Source of the DNA: Promethearchaeota archaeon | Lineage (GTDB): Archaea; Asgardarchaeota; Hermodarchaeia; Hermodarchaeales; Hermodarchaeaceae | Direction: 5' to 3' | DNA: 24,885 nt | NCBI GenBank assembly: GCA_048938295.1 | Contig: JBHLMI010000032.1 | Span: 1 to 24,885, forward strand | Shown here: in pieces, positions 16,096 through 23,747 of the stretch | Numbering within the stretch: the stretch's first letter is position 1 | How the letters are laid out: each line of letters starts with the position of its first letter | Notes under the pieces: model-generated | What the model was told of the DNA's origin: nothing | Databases searched by the model: none | The model's input: only the letters and a program-made list of their open reading frames with translations | Translations under genes and position numbers: made by a program

Positions 16096-16656
16096 GTGAC
16101 CTTCGTGATCGATCGCCGGATAATTGATGGGTCCAAAATTGATAGTGAGCTAGCTGACGACATGACAAAGGCGGGACTTGATCGTATTCGGTCATGTATT
16201 CAATGTGGAACCTGCACAGGATCCTGCCCCTCGGGTCGTCGAACCGCCCTTAGAACACGCCAACTCATTCGAAAGGCGATTCTTGGATTCAGAGAAGAGG
16301 TAATATCAGATCCCGATCTATGGTTATGCACAACATGTGGCACCTGTACTGAACGCTGTCCTCGGAAAATTGATGTAACGGAAGCAATACTCTATCTACG
16401 GAATCTTTCTTGCCAAGCTGGATATATGAAGCCTGAACACAAGGGCGTTTCCCACAAGCTTATAGAAACTGGACATGCTGTTCCTATTGATGATAAGAAG
16501 TGGAGCGATCTGCGTGAAGAACTTGGGCTTCCTCGGCTACCACCGACTGTCCATTCCTACCCCAAGGCCGTAAAAGAAATCCAACAAATCATAAAGAAAA
16601 CTGGCTTCGACAAACTAGTCAATTTCAAGGAGGACAAAAAGGATGGCAAAACATAG
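16096..16656 (+). CDS. hdrC: Heterodisulfide reductase subunit C
   Basis: CIQCGTCTGSCPSG and WLCTTCGTCTERCPR, then GHAVPI...R.ELGL. Start is GTG 16096 or GTG 16105 (the latter has a GGGGTGA SD). Confidence 0.93.
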   Translation: MTFVIDRRIIDGSKIDSELADDMTKAGLDRIRSCIQCGTCTGSCPSGRRTALRTRQLIRKAILGFREEVISDPDLWLCTTCGTCTERCPRKIDVTEAILYLRNLSCQAGYMKPEHKGVSHKLIETGHAVPIDDKKWSDLREELGLPRLPPTVHSYPKAVKEIQQIIKKTGFDKLVNFKEDKKDGKT

Positions 16657-17536
16657 ATACAGTTTCTTTCTTGGATGTGTTATCCCAAATCGCTTACCAC
16701 AAATCGAAGCAGCAACACGTCTTGTAGCGCCTAAACTTGATATCGAACTCGTGGAAATGAAAGGCGCATCCTGCTGTCCTGCACCTGGTGTTATCAAGTC
16801 CTTTGATAAAGACACGTGGCTTGCTATCACTGCACGGAATATTGCGCTTGCAGAAGAAAATGGTTTGGATATCCTTGTATTGTGTAACGGCTGTTATGGT
16901 ACATTAATTGCAGGGGTACATGATCTAAAAGATCCCGAAACTCGGAAACGTATTAATAAAATACTGAAATCAACCGGGCATCAAATCAAGGGCACAGTTA
17001 CAGCAAAACACCTCGTTGAGGTTCTTTGGAACGATGTGGGAAGAGATGCCATCGAAGAAACTGTAATTAATCCCATCGATGCCCGATTTGCGATTCATGT
17101 TGGGTGCCATCTTCTGAAACCCAGTGATATCCGTCCATGGGGTGTTGTGGAAGACTTTACCTTAGTTGATGAGCTCGTTGAACTCGTAGGAGGAACACCA
17201 GTCGATTACAAATTAAAAGACATGTGTTGTGGAGCTGGTGGTGGTTTACGTTCTGCTGAACTAGAAGTCTCTCTTGATATGGCGCGAGAGAAATTTGAAG
17301 CTATGAGACAAGCAAAAGTTGACGCTCTCATCAATGTCTGCAACTTCTGTCATTTACAATTTGATCTTGGACAAGTGCAAGTGAATAAACAATTTGGTAC
17401 AGACTATCAAATTCCAGTTCTCTACTATACCCAACTTCTTGGGCTTGCACAAGGTTTCACCCCCAAACAGATGGGTCTCGACAAGCACTACATACCCGTT
17501 ACACCCTTCCTAGAAAAAATTGGGATGAGCCTGTGA
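16643..17536 (+). CDS. hdrB: Heterodisulfide reductase subunit B
   Basis: Two CCG domains: FLGC, SCCPAPG, CNGC, HVGCH, CCGAGGG, CNFCHLQFD. Confidence 0.95.
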   Translation: MAKHRYSFFLGCVIPNRLPQIEAATRLVAPKLDIELVEMKGASCCPAPGVIKSFDKDTWLAITARNIALAEENGLDILVLCNGCYGTLIAGVHDLKDPETRKRINKILKSTGHQIKGTVTAKHLVEVLWNDVGRDAIEETVINPIDARFAIHVGCHLLKPSDIRPWGVVEDFTLVDELVELVGGTPVDYKLKDMCCGAGGGLRSAELEVSLDMAREKFEAMRQAKVDALINVCNFCHLQFDLGQVQVNKQFGTDYQIPVLYYTQLLGLAQGFTPKQMGLDKHYIPVTPFLEKIGMSL

Positions 17537-17829
17537 TGTTGACAAGGCAAGAACGAACCCCAATTATACCCGAGGAGGAGCAACCCACGAAGTACCAAAT
17601 TGTTGTCAATGAAGATTGGTGTAAGGGATGTGGGTTCTGTTACACATTTTGCCCACGTGAAGTGCTGGAGAAGTCAACTAGATTTAACAGCAAAGGCTAC
17701 TATCCCCCCGAAGCAGTCAATATCGATCGCTGCGTTGGATGCGGGCTTTGTGAGGCTTTGTGCCCTGATTTTGCTATTCACGTTGAAGAAAAAAAGGTCA
17801 AAACTAGGACCAAAAAGAGTGAGAAATAA
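17533..17829 (+). CDS. korD: 2-oxoacid:ferredoxin oxidoreductase delta subunit (2x[4Fe-4S] ferredoxin)
   Basis: CKGCGFCYTFCP and CVGCGLCEALCPDFAI with N.KGYYP between them. Overlaps the hdrB stop and the korA start. Confidence 0.88.
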   Translation: MMLTRQERTPIIPEEEQPTKYQIVVNEDWCKGCGFCYTFCPREVLEKSTRFNSKGYYPPEAVNIDRCVGCGLCEALCPDFAIHVEEKKVKTRTKKSEK

Positions 17830-18977
17830 TGCAAAAGGCAGTGCTGACTGGAGAAATGTTCACTCAAGGGGATATCGCTGCTGCTGAAGGCGCACTCGCT
17901 GCCGGTTGCCGTTTCTTTGCGGGGTACCCCATTACCCCGGCCACCGAAATCGCTGAACGTATGGCCTATCGACTTCCACGAATCGGTGGACGCTACATCC
18001 AAATGGAAGACGAGATCGCCTCCTGCACAGCAGTGGTTGGCGCTTCTTATGCTGGCGTTAAATCCATGACAGCTACTTCAGGACCCGGTGTCAGTCTCAT
18101 GAATGAAACCATCGGGCTAGCAGCGATGACCGAAACACCCATGGTCTTGGTCAATGTCATGCGTGGTGGACCATCAACGGGACAACCCACCGAAGCCAGT
18201 CAAAGCGATATCATGCAAGCTAAATGGGGAAGCCATGGCGACTATGAAATCATCGCCCTCATACCCTCTTCAGTCCAAGAGATGTTTGATTTAACCATTC
18301 ACGCTTTTAATTTATCCGAAAGATTCCGCGTCCCAGTCTTTGTTCTTGCCGATGAAATCATAGGCCATATGCGCGAGCGTCTAGTTATCCCACCTGAGGA
18401 CGAAATCGAAATCGTGAACCGCAAAAAACCCACCGTTCCTCCAGAAGAATATCTGCCTTTCAAAGCAGAAGACGACCTCGTCCCTCCTATGGCTACCTTC
18501 GGCGAAGGCTATCACTTCTATGCCACAGGACTCACGCACGACGAACGGGGCTACCCTGTCATGGACGAGGAAGCCCAACTCACCTTAGTTCCACGCCTCT
18601 GTGATAAAATCCGAAAAAACGCCGACAATATCACTCAAGCAGAGAATATAGAAACGGAAGACGCCGAAGTCCTCCTCGTCGCCTACGGTGGCGAATCTCG
18701 GACGGCTCTACGAGCAGTCAAGGATGCCCGGGCTAACGGCATGAAAATCGGGCTCTTCCGACCCATCACCGTCTGGCCTTTTCCCAAGGAACAGCTGAAA
18801 GAAGCTGCTGCCAAGGCTCAACATGTGGTTGTCGCTGAACTCAATTACGGTCAGTTAGTAGGTGAAGTAGAACGGGTAATTCGGAGTGAAATCCCTGTTC
18901 ATTTTATCCCACGCGTCTGTGGAAGTCCACATACCCCAGATGAACTCATGAACGAAATTAGGAGGCGTATCAACTGA
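17829..18977 (+). CDS. korA: 2-oxoacid:ferredoxin oxidoreductase alpha subunit (Kor-like)
   Basis: FFAGYPITPATEI, QMEDEI, ATSGPG.SLM.E, MRGGPSTG.PT, TGLTHDERG. Exact substrate cannot be established from sequence. Confidence 0.9.
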   Translation: MQKAVLTGEMFTQGDIAAAEGALAAGCRFFAGYPITPATEIAERMAYRLPRIGGRYIQMEDEIASCTAVVGASYAGVKSMTATSGPGVSLMNETIGLAAMTETPMVLVNVMRGGPSTGQPTEASQSDIMQAKWGSHGDYEIIALIPSSVQEMFDLTIHAFNLSERFRVPVFVLADEIIGHMRERLVIPPEDEIEIVNRKKPTVPPEEYLPFKAEDDLVPPMATFGEGYHFYATGLTHDERGYPVMDEEAQLTLVPRLCDKIRKNADNITQAENIETEDAEVLLVAYGGESRTALRAVKDARANGMKIGLFRPITVWPFPKEQLKEAAAKAQHVVVAELNYGQLVGEVERVIRSEIPVHFIPRVCGSPHTPDELMNEIRRRIN

Positions 18978-19822
18978 CGCAAACAACACGTACAACAACT
19001 GAAGGGGAACACCCCATTCTTGACTACATTCGCCGCGACCGGCTTCCCCACATCTTCTGTAGCGCCTGTGGCATCGGCACTGTACTCCAAGCTTTCGCCA
19101 ATGCCCTTCGGAGCCTTAACTTCGATATGGATCGCTTAGTTGTCATTAGTGGTATTGGTTGCACTGGGCGCGCTAGCGGTTATTTTGCGGCGGATAGCTA
19201 CCACACTACACACGGACGCGCTATTGCCTTTGCGTCAGGAGTAAAGGTGGCAAACCCTGACTTGAAGCCCGTGGTTATCAGTGGTGATGGTGACCTCTTT
19301 GCCATCGGTGGTAACCACTTCATCCACGCCGCACGTCGAAACGTCGATATGCTGGTATTGTGCGTCAACAACTTCAACTATGGCATGACTGGCGGACAAA
19401 TGGGACCCACCACACCCGACTCTGCCATCACTGTGACCTCTCCAGACGGGAATATCGAACATCCATTCAACTTGGTGAGTGTAGCCGCGGCCTCGGGCGC
19501 TGTCTTCGTTGCCCGTTGGACAGCACTCCATGCTCGCCGCCTTACCAAATCCATCGAAAAAGCGCTCCAAAAGAAGGGCTTTAAATTCATCGAAGTCATC
19601 TCGCCCTGCCCCACGCTTTATGACCGCTATAATCGACATGGAACCGGTCTTGATGTTATGAAAAAGTACCGGGAAATATCTGTTATCCGCAACTTTACAG
19701 ATCCCATGAAGGCAGAAATCGATTATCGCACGCGAATCGTTTGTGGCGAGTTCGTGGACCTAGAAAAACCCGAGTTTACAGACCTATTAGGTCAACAAGC
19801 GGAAAAGCTGCAAAAGAGGTGA
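18974..19822 (+). CDS. korB: 2-oxoacid:ferredoxin oxidoreductase beta subunit (TPP-binding)
   Basis: The frame extends 5' of the ORF-track ATG 19127 through the conserved HPILDYIRRDRLPHIFCSACGIG. It also has SGIGCTGR, HGRA, GDGD...N TPP motif, YGMTGGQ and SPCPT. The only plausible start is CTG 18974 (CTGA overlap with the korA stop, AGGAGG SD). Confidence 0.9.
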   Translation: MTQTTRTTTEGEHPILDYIRRDRLPHIFCSACGIGTVLQAFANALRSLNFDMDRLVVISGIGCTGRASGYFAADSYHTTHGRAIAFASGVKVANPDLKPVVISGDGDLFAIGGNHFIHAARRNVDMLVLCVNNFNYGMTGGQMGPTTPDSAITVTSPDGNIEHPFNLVSVAAASGAVFVARWTALHARRLTKSIEKALQKKGFKFIEVISPCPTLYDRYNRHGTGLDVMKKYREISVIRNFTDPMKAEIDYRTRIVCGEFVDLEKPEFTDLLGQQAEKLQKR

Positions 19823-19832
19823 AGATGAACCA

Positions 19833-20396
19833 ATGGCACGTACAGAAATTCGGCTTGGCGGGTTAGGCGGTCAGGGCGTCATCAAGGCAGCCGTCATCAT
19901 TGGCGAAGCCGCCTCTATTCACGATGGCAAAGAAGCCGTCCAAACAGCCTCCTATGGTCCGGAATCCCGTGGCAGCGCCTGCAAAGCTGAAGTCATCATT
20001 TCCGACACACCCATTGATTATCCCCTCGTTCTTACACCCAACGTCATGGTGGCCTTATCCAATGATGCCTTCCACAAATACAAAGAGGATCTCAACAAAG
20101 GAGCTATAGTAATTATTGACTCAGACTTGGTGAAAGCGGGAAAAATTAAGGCTGGTGTACGCCTGTACCAAGTACCAGCAGCTTCCACGGCTCACCAAGT
20201 TCTCAAAAATCCCCTGGTGACAAACGTTGTGATGCTCGGTGCCTTCACCGCCATCAGTAAAGCAGTCACCCCCGAGGCAATGCGCAAAGCCATTGCTAAA
20301 GCCTTTCCCAAATATAAGGAACTCAACCTCCGTGCCTTCGACGAGGGCATGCAACTCGGACACAAAGCTATGGAACAATCAACCACGAAGAAGTGA
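19833..20396 (+). CDS. korC: 2-oxoacid:ferredoxin oxidoreductase gamma subunit
   Basis: IRLGGLGGQGVI, YGPESRGS, NVVMLGA, LNLRAFDEG. GAGGTGA SD. Confidence 0.9.
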   Translation: MARTEIRLGGLGGQGVIKAAVIIGEAASIHDGKEAVQTASYGPESRGSACKAEVIISDTPIDYPLVLTPNVMVALSNDAFHKYKEDLNKGAIVIIDSDLVKAGKIKAGVRLYQVPAASTAHQVLKNPLVTNVVMLGAFTAISKAVTPEAMRKAIAKAFPKYKELNLRAFDEGMQLGHKAMEQSTTKK

Positions 20397-20404
20397 GAAA
20401 ACCT

Positions 20405-22375
20405 ATGTCAACAGAACAACCCAAAATCGGTGTCTTCATCTGCCACTGCGGCTCCAACATCGCTGGTGTTATTGATATCCCCAAACTAGTCGAGTACGCC
20501 GCAACGCTTCCCAATGTTGTAGTAGCCGAAGACTACCGCTACATGTGCTCAGACCCAGGTCAAGACCTCATCAAAGAACGCGCCCGAGAAAAGGGGCTCA
20601 ACCGCATCGTCGTCGCCGCATGCAGCCCAACCCTCCACGAACCCACCTTCCGCCGCGTCCTCGAAAGCATCGGATTAAACCCCTTCTTCTTTGACATGTC
20701 CAACATCCGCGAACACTGCTCCTGGGTCCATACCCACGAAGAAGCAGCAGCCCTCGAAAAAGCCAAAGACCTCGTCAAAATGGCCGTCGCCCGCGCTGCA
20801 GAACTCAAACCCCTCGAACAAAAACAAGTCGACGTTGAAGCCAGTGTCCTCGTCATCGGCGCCGGCATCACCGGCATCCAAGCCGCCCTCGATATCGCCG
20901 ACGCAGGCTACAAAGTCTACCTCGTCGAAAAAGAAGCCAGCATCGGTGGCCACATGGCCCAACTCGATAAAACCTTCCCAACTTTGGATTGCAGCAGCTG
21001 TATCTTGACTCCGAAGATGAGTTTGGTGGGTCAGCATCCGAACATTGAGTTACTGACCTATAGTGAGGTTCGTGAGGTGAACGGGTATGTGGGTAATTTC
21101 AAGGTGAAAGTTGAACGGAAGCCCCGGTACGTCATCGAAGACAAATGCACTGCATGTGCAGATTGCCTTGAAGTCTGCCCAGTGAATGTGCCTGACGAGT
21201 TTAATGCTGGGCTCGGCTGGCGGAAGGCTATTCACATTCCGTTTGCGCAAGCGGTGCCCAACGCCTATGTCATCGACACTGAGCACTGCCTTGGTATGAC
21301 TCCCATCGCCTGTGGCAAGTGTAAAGATGCCTGTGAAGCGGAAGCCATTGATTATGAGATGAAACCTGAAATGCTCGAGCTGGACGTTGGCGCCATCATC
21401 GTCGCTACAGGTTTTGAGCTCTTCGATGCGATGCGACAGCTCGAATATGGCTATGGAAAGTATCCTGATGTCATGACTAACCTTGAAATGGAACGCATGC
21501 TTAGCGCTGCTGGACCTACCGATGGTAAAATTCTTCGCCCCTCGACTATGAAGAAACCCAAACACATCGCCTATATCCAATGTGTGGGTTCACGGAACGA
21601 ACGCTATAACGCGTACTGCTCACGAGTATGCTGTATGGCTGCGCTAAAACAAGCCCGGCAGATCCGCGAAAAATACCCCGATATTGCTGTCTCCATCTTC
21701 TACATTGACATGCGCGCCTTTGGGAAAGGTTATGAAGAATTCTATGAAACGACCGCTCGAGAATACGGCGTTAACTTCGTGCGCGGCCGCGTCTCTGAAG
21801 TGCGCGGATCCTTTGATTCCGATAAACTCGTCATCCGGGCTGAAGACACCTTCTTTGGTCAACCGGTGGAAGCCGAAGTTGACATCATCGTCTTATCTTG
21901 TGGCATTGAAGCCCCGAAAGATTTACCCGAGGTTGCCCGCGTTCTGGGTCTTCAACGTAGTGCTGATGGTTTCCTCTTAGAAGCCCATCCCAAGCTGCGA
22001 CCCGTCGAAACCAACACTGATGGTATCTTCATCGCTGGAGCCGCCCAAGGGCCAAAGGATATCCCTGATTCCGTAGCCCAAGCCAAAGGGGCTGCGGCCA
22101 GTGCACTTGCCATGCTCGCTGCTGGCGAAGTAAAAGTTCAACCCTATACCGCGGTGGTCAACGAAGACCTCTGTGCCGGCTGCGGCATCTGTGAGGCTTC
22201 ATGCCCCTATGGAGCGGTCAAAGTAGTCGATAATCGCGCCCAGGTCACCGAAGCCCAATGCAAAGGCTGTGGCACCTGCGCTGCCGCCTGCCCCAACCAA
22301 GCTATTGCACCTCAACACTTCACCATGGAACAAATCATCGCCCAACTCGACGCCCTCTTCCAGGAAGCGAAATAA
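20405..22375 (+). CDS. hdrA: Heterodisulfide reductase subunit A (FAD, electron-bifurcating)
   Basis: IGVFICHCG, VAACSP.LHE, NIREHCSWVH, VIGAGITG, GGHMAQLDKTFPTLDC, inserted ferredoxin domain, CVGSR...CSRVCC, AQGPKDI, C-terminal ferredoxin domain. ATG 20405. Confidence 0.97.
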   Translation: MSTEQPKIGVFICHCGSNIAGVIDIPKLVEYAATLPNVVVAEDYRYMCSDPGQDLIKERAREKGLNRIVVAACSPTLHEPTFRRVLESIGLNPFFFDMSNIREHCSWVHTHEEAAALEKAKDLVKMAVARAAELKPLEQKQVDVEASVLVIGAGITGIQAALDIADAGYKVYLVEKEASIGGHMAQLDKTFPTLDCSSCILTPKMSLVGQHPNIELLTYSEVREVNGYVGNFKVKVERKPRYVIEDKCTACADCLEVCPVNVPDEFNAGLGWRKAIHIPFAQAVPNAYVIDTEHCLGMTPIACGKCKDACEAEAIDYEMKPEMLELDVGAIIVATGFELFDAMRQLEYGYGKYPDVMTNLEMERMLSAAGPTDGKILRPSTMKKPKHIAYIQCVGSRNERYNAYCSRVCCMAALKQARQIREKYPDIAVSIFYIDMRAFGKGYEEFYETTAREYGVNFVRGRVSEVRGSFDSDKLVIRAEDTFFGQPVEAEVDIIVLSCGIEAPKDLPEVARVLGLQRSADGFLLEAHPKLRPVETNTDGIFIAGAAQGPKDIPDSVAQAKGAAASALAMLAAGEVKVQPYTAVVNEDLCAGCGICEASCPYGAVKVVDNRAQVTEAQCKGCGTCAAACPNQAIAPQHFTMEQIIAQLDALFQEAK

Positions 22376-22377
22376 CC

Positions 22378-22809
22378 ATGACTAACAAGAACTGGGAACC
22401 CAAAATCGTCTGCTTCGCCTGTCGCTGGTGCAGCTACGCCGGAGCAGATATGGCCGGGACTTCCCGCATCCAATACCCCCCCAACGCCCGGGTTATCCGC
22501 GTCAATTGCAGTGGACGCGTCGACCCCCAATTCATTCTCCGCGCCCTTAAGCTGAAAGCCGATGGTGTTCTCATCGCTGGCTGCCACTTTGGCGACTGTC
22601 ACTACGTCTCGGGCAACTATCAGACCTCACGGCGCGTCGCGCTCCTTAAAGAGTACCTCAAGGAAATCGGCATCGAACCTGGAAGACTTCGCCTCGAATG
22701 GATCTCAGCTGCAGAAGGCAACAAATTCGCTGACACCATGAAGTCATTCGTAAATGAGATTAAGCTTTTAGGACCCAATCCGCTAGCCAACGGAGGACCC
22801 GATAAATGA
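22378..22809 (+). CDS. mvhD: MvhD [2Fe-2S] subunit of the Mvh hydrogenase/Hdr complex
   Basis: WEPKIVCFACRWCSYAGAD.AG..R, RVNCSGRVDP, GCHFGDCHY..GN, WISAAEG. ATG 22378. Confidence 0.95.
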   Translation: MTNKNWEPKIVCFACRWCSYAGADMAGTSRIQYPPNARVIRVNCSGRVDPQFILRALKLKADGVLIAGCHFGDCHYVSGNYQTSRRVALLKEYLKEIGIEPGRLRLEWISAAEGNKFADTMKSFVNEIKLLGPNPLANGGPDK

Positions 22810-23747
22810 CCAAACCCAGTCTAGCAGTGGAAACCCTCAGCATCTGTTCCGGCTGCGAAATCGCCATCCTCGACTTACACCTGGCACTCGCAGACGTGCT
22901 CGAGGCCATCGACCTCAAATACATCCAGGTCCTCATGGATTACCGCGAACCCCCCAAAGAAGGGGTCACCGTCGGCTTCGTCTCTGGTGGCGTCCGCAAC
23001 GAAGAACACCTCGAACGCCTCAAAATGCTCCGCGAACGCTCACAAATCCTCGTCGCCTTCGGAGCCTGCTCCGCTTTCGGCGGCGTTCCAGGACTAGCGA
23101 ATTTGCATACTAAGGACGAAATCATGGAAGAAGTCTACATCAACACCAAATCCACCGTCAACCCCAAGAAAATCATCCCCCACAAAATCGTCCCCCCTCT
23201 GCTCGAAGAGCTACACCCCGTCGATGACTTCGTCAAAGTCGACTATGTCCTCCCTGGATGTCCACCCCCACCCAAACTCATTGCCGAACTGGTCACCTGT
23301 CTACTCGAAGGCCGAGAATTCCATCTCGAACCGAAAACTGTCTGCGATCAATGCCCCCTCATCAAAGAAGAAAAAGCCGTCACCGAATTCAAACGCTGGG
23401 GCACTGACAAAGTCTTCACCGAGCGCTGTCTCCTCGAACAAGGCTACCAATGCCTCGGACCCAGCACCCAAGGTGGCTGCGAAGCCCGCTGCCCAACAGC
23501 CCTCGCACCCTGCCGAGGCTGTTTTGGACCAACCGAAAGCGTCGAAGACCAAGCCGCAAAAATGATCGGTGCTCTTGGCAGCATCGTGGTGCAAGATCCC
23601 ACCAAAGCTCCCGCCCCTGAGCAGATCGTCAAAGAGGTCCCCGATCTTGTCGGCACCTATCTCCGATTCACCTTTGCCCATTCCACCTTCAAGAAAGCCG
23701 TCCACACCTCCACCATCAAAACCAAACCCATGGAGGCAAAAACATGA
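22806..23747 (+). CDS. mvhG: [NiFe] hydrogenase small subunit, MvhG type
   Basis: CSGCE, GACSAFGGVPGL, PGCPP, VCDQC, CLLEQG..CLGP.T..GC...CP.....CRGCFGP. ATGA overlap with mvhD. Confidence 0.92.
   Translation: MTKPSLAVETLSICSGCEIAILDLHLALADVLEAIDLKYIQVLMDYREPPKEGVTVGFVSGGVRNEEHLERLKMLRERSQILVAFGACSAFGGVPGLANLHTKDEIMEEVYINTKSTVNPKKIIPHKIVPPLLEELHPVDDFVKVDYVLPGCPPPPKLIAELVTCLLEGREFHLEPKTVCDQCPLIKEEKAVTEFKRWGTDKVFTERCLLEQGYQCLGPSTQGGCEARCPTALAPCRGCFGPTESVEDQAAKMIGALGSIVVQDPTKAPAPEQIVKEVPDLVGTYLRFTFAHSTFKKAVHTSTIKTKPMEAKT

Noticed and set aside
20981-22620. Selenocysteine (in-frame TGA) in HdrA or MvhD
   Set aside because: The usual Sec-prone positions (HdrA TLDC; MvhD Cys motifs) are Cys codons, and neither frame has an internal TGA.
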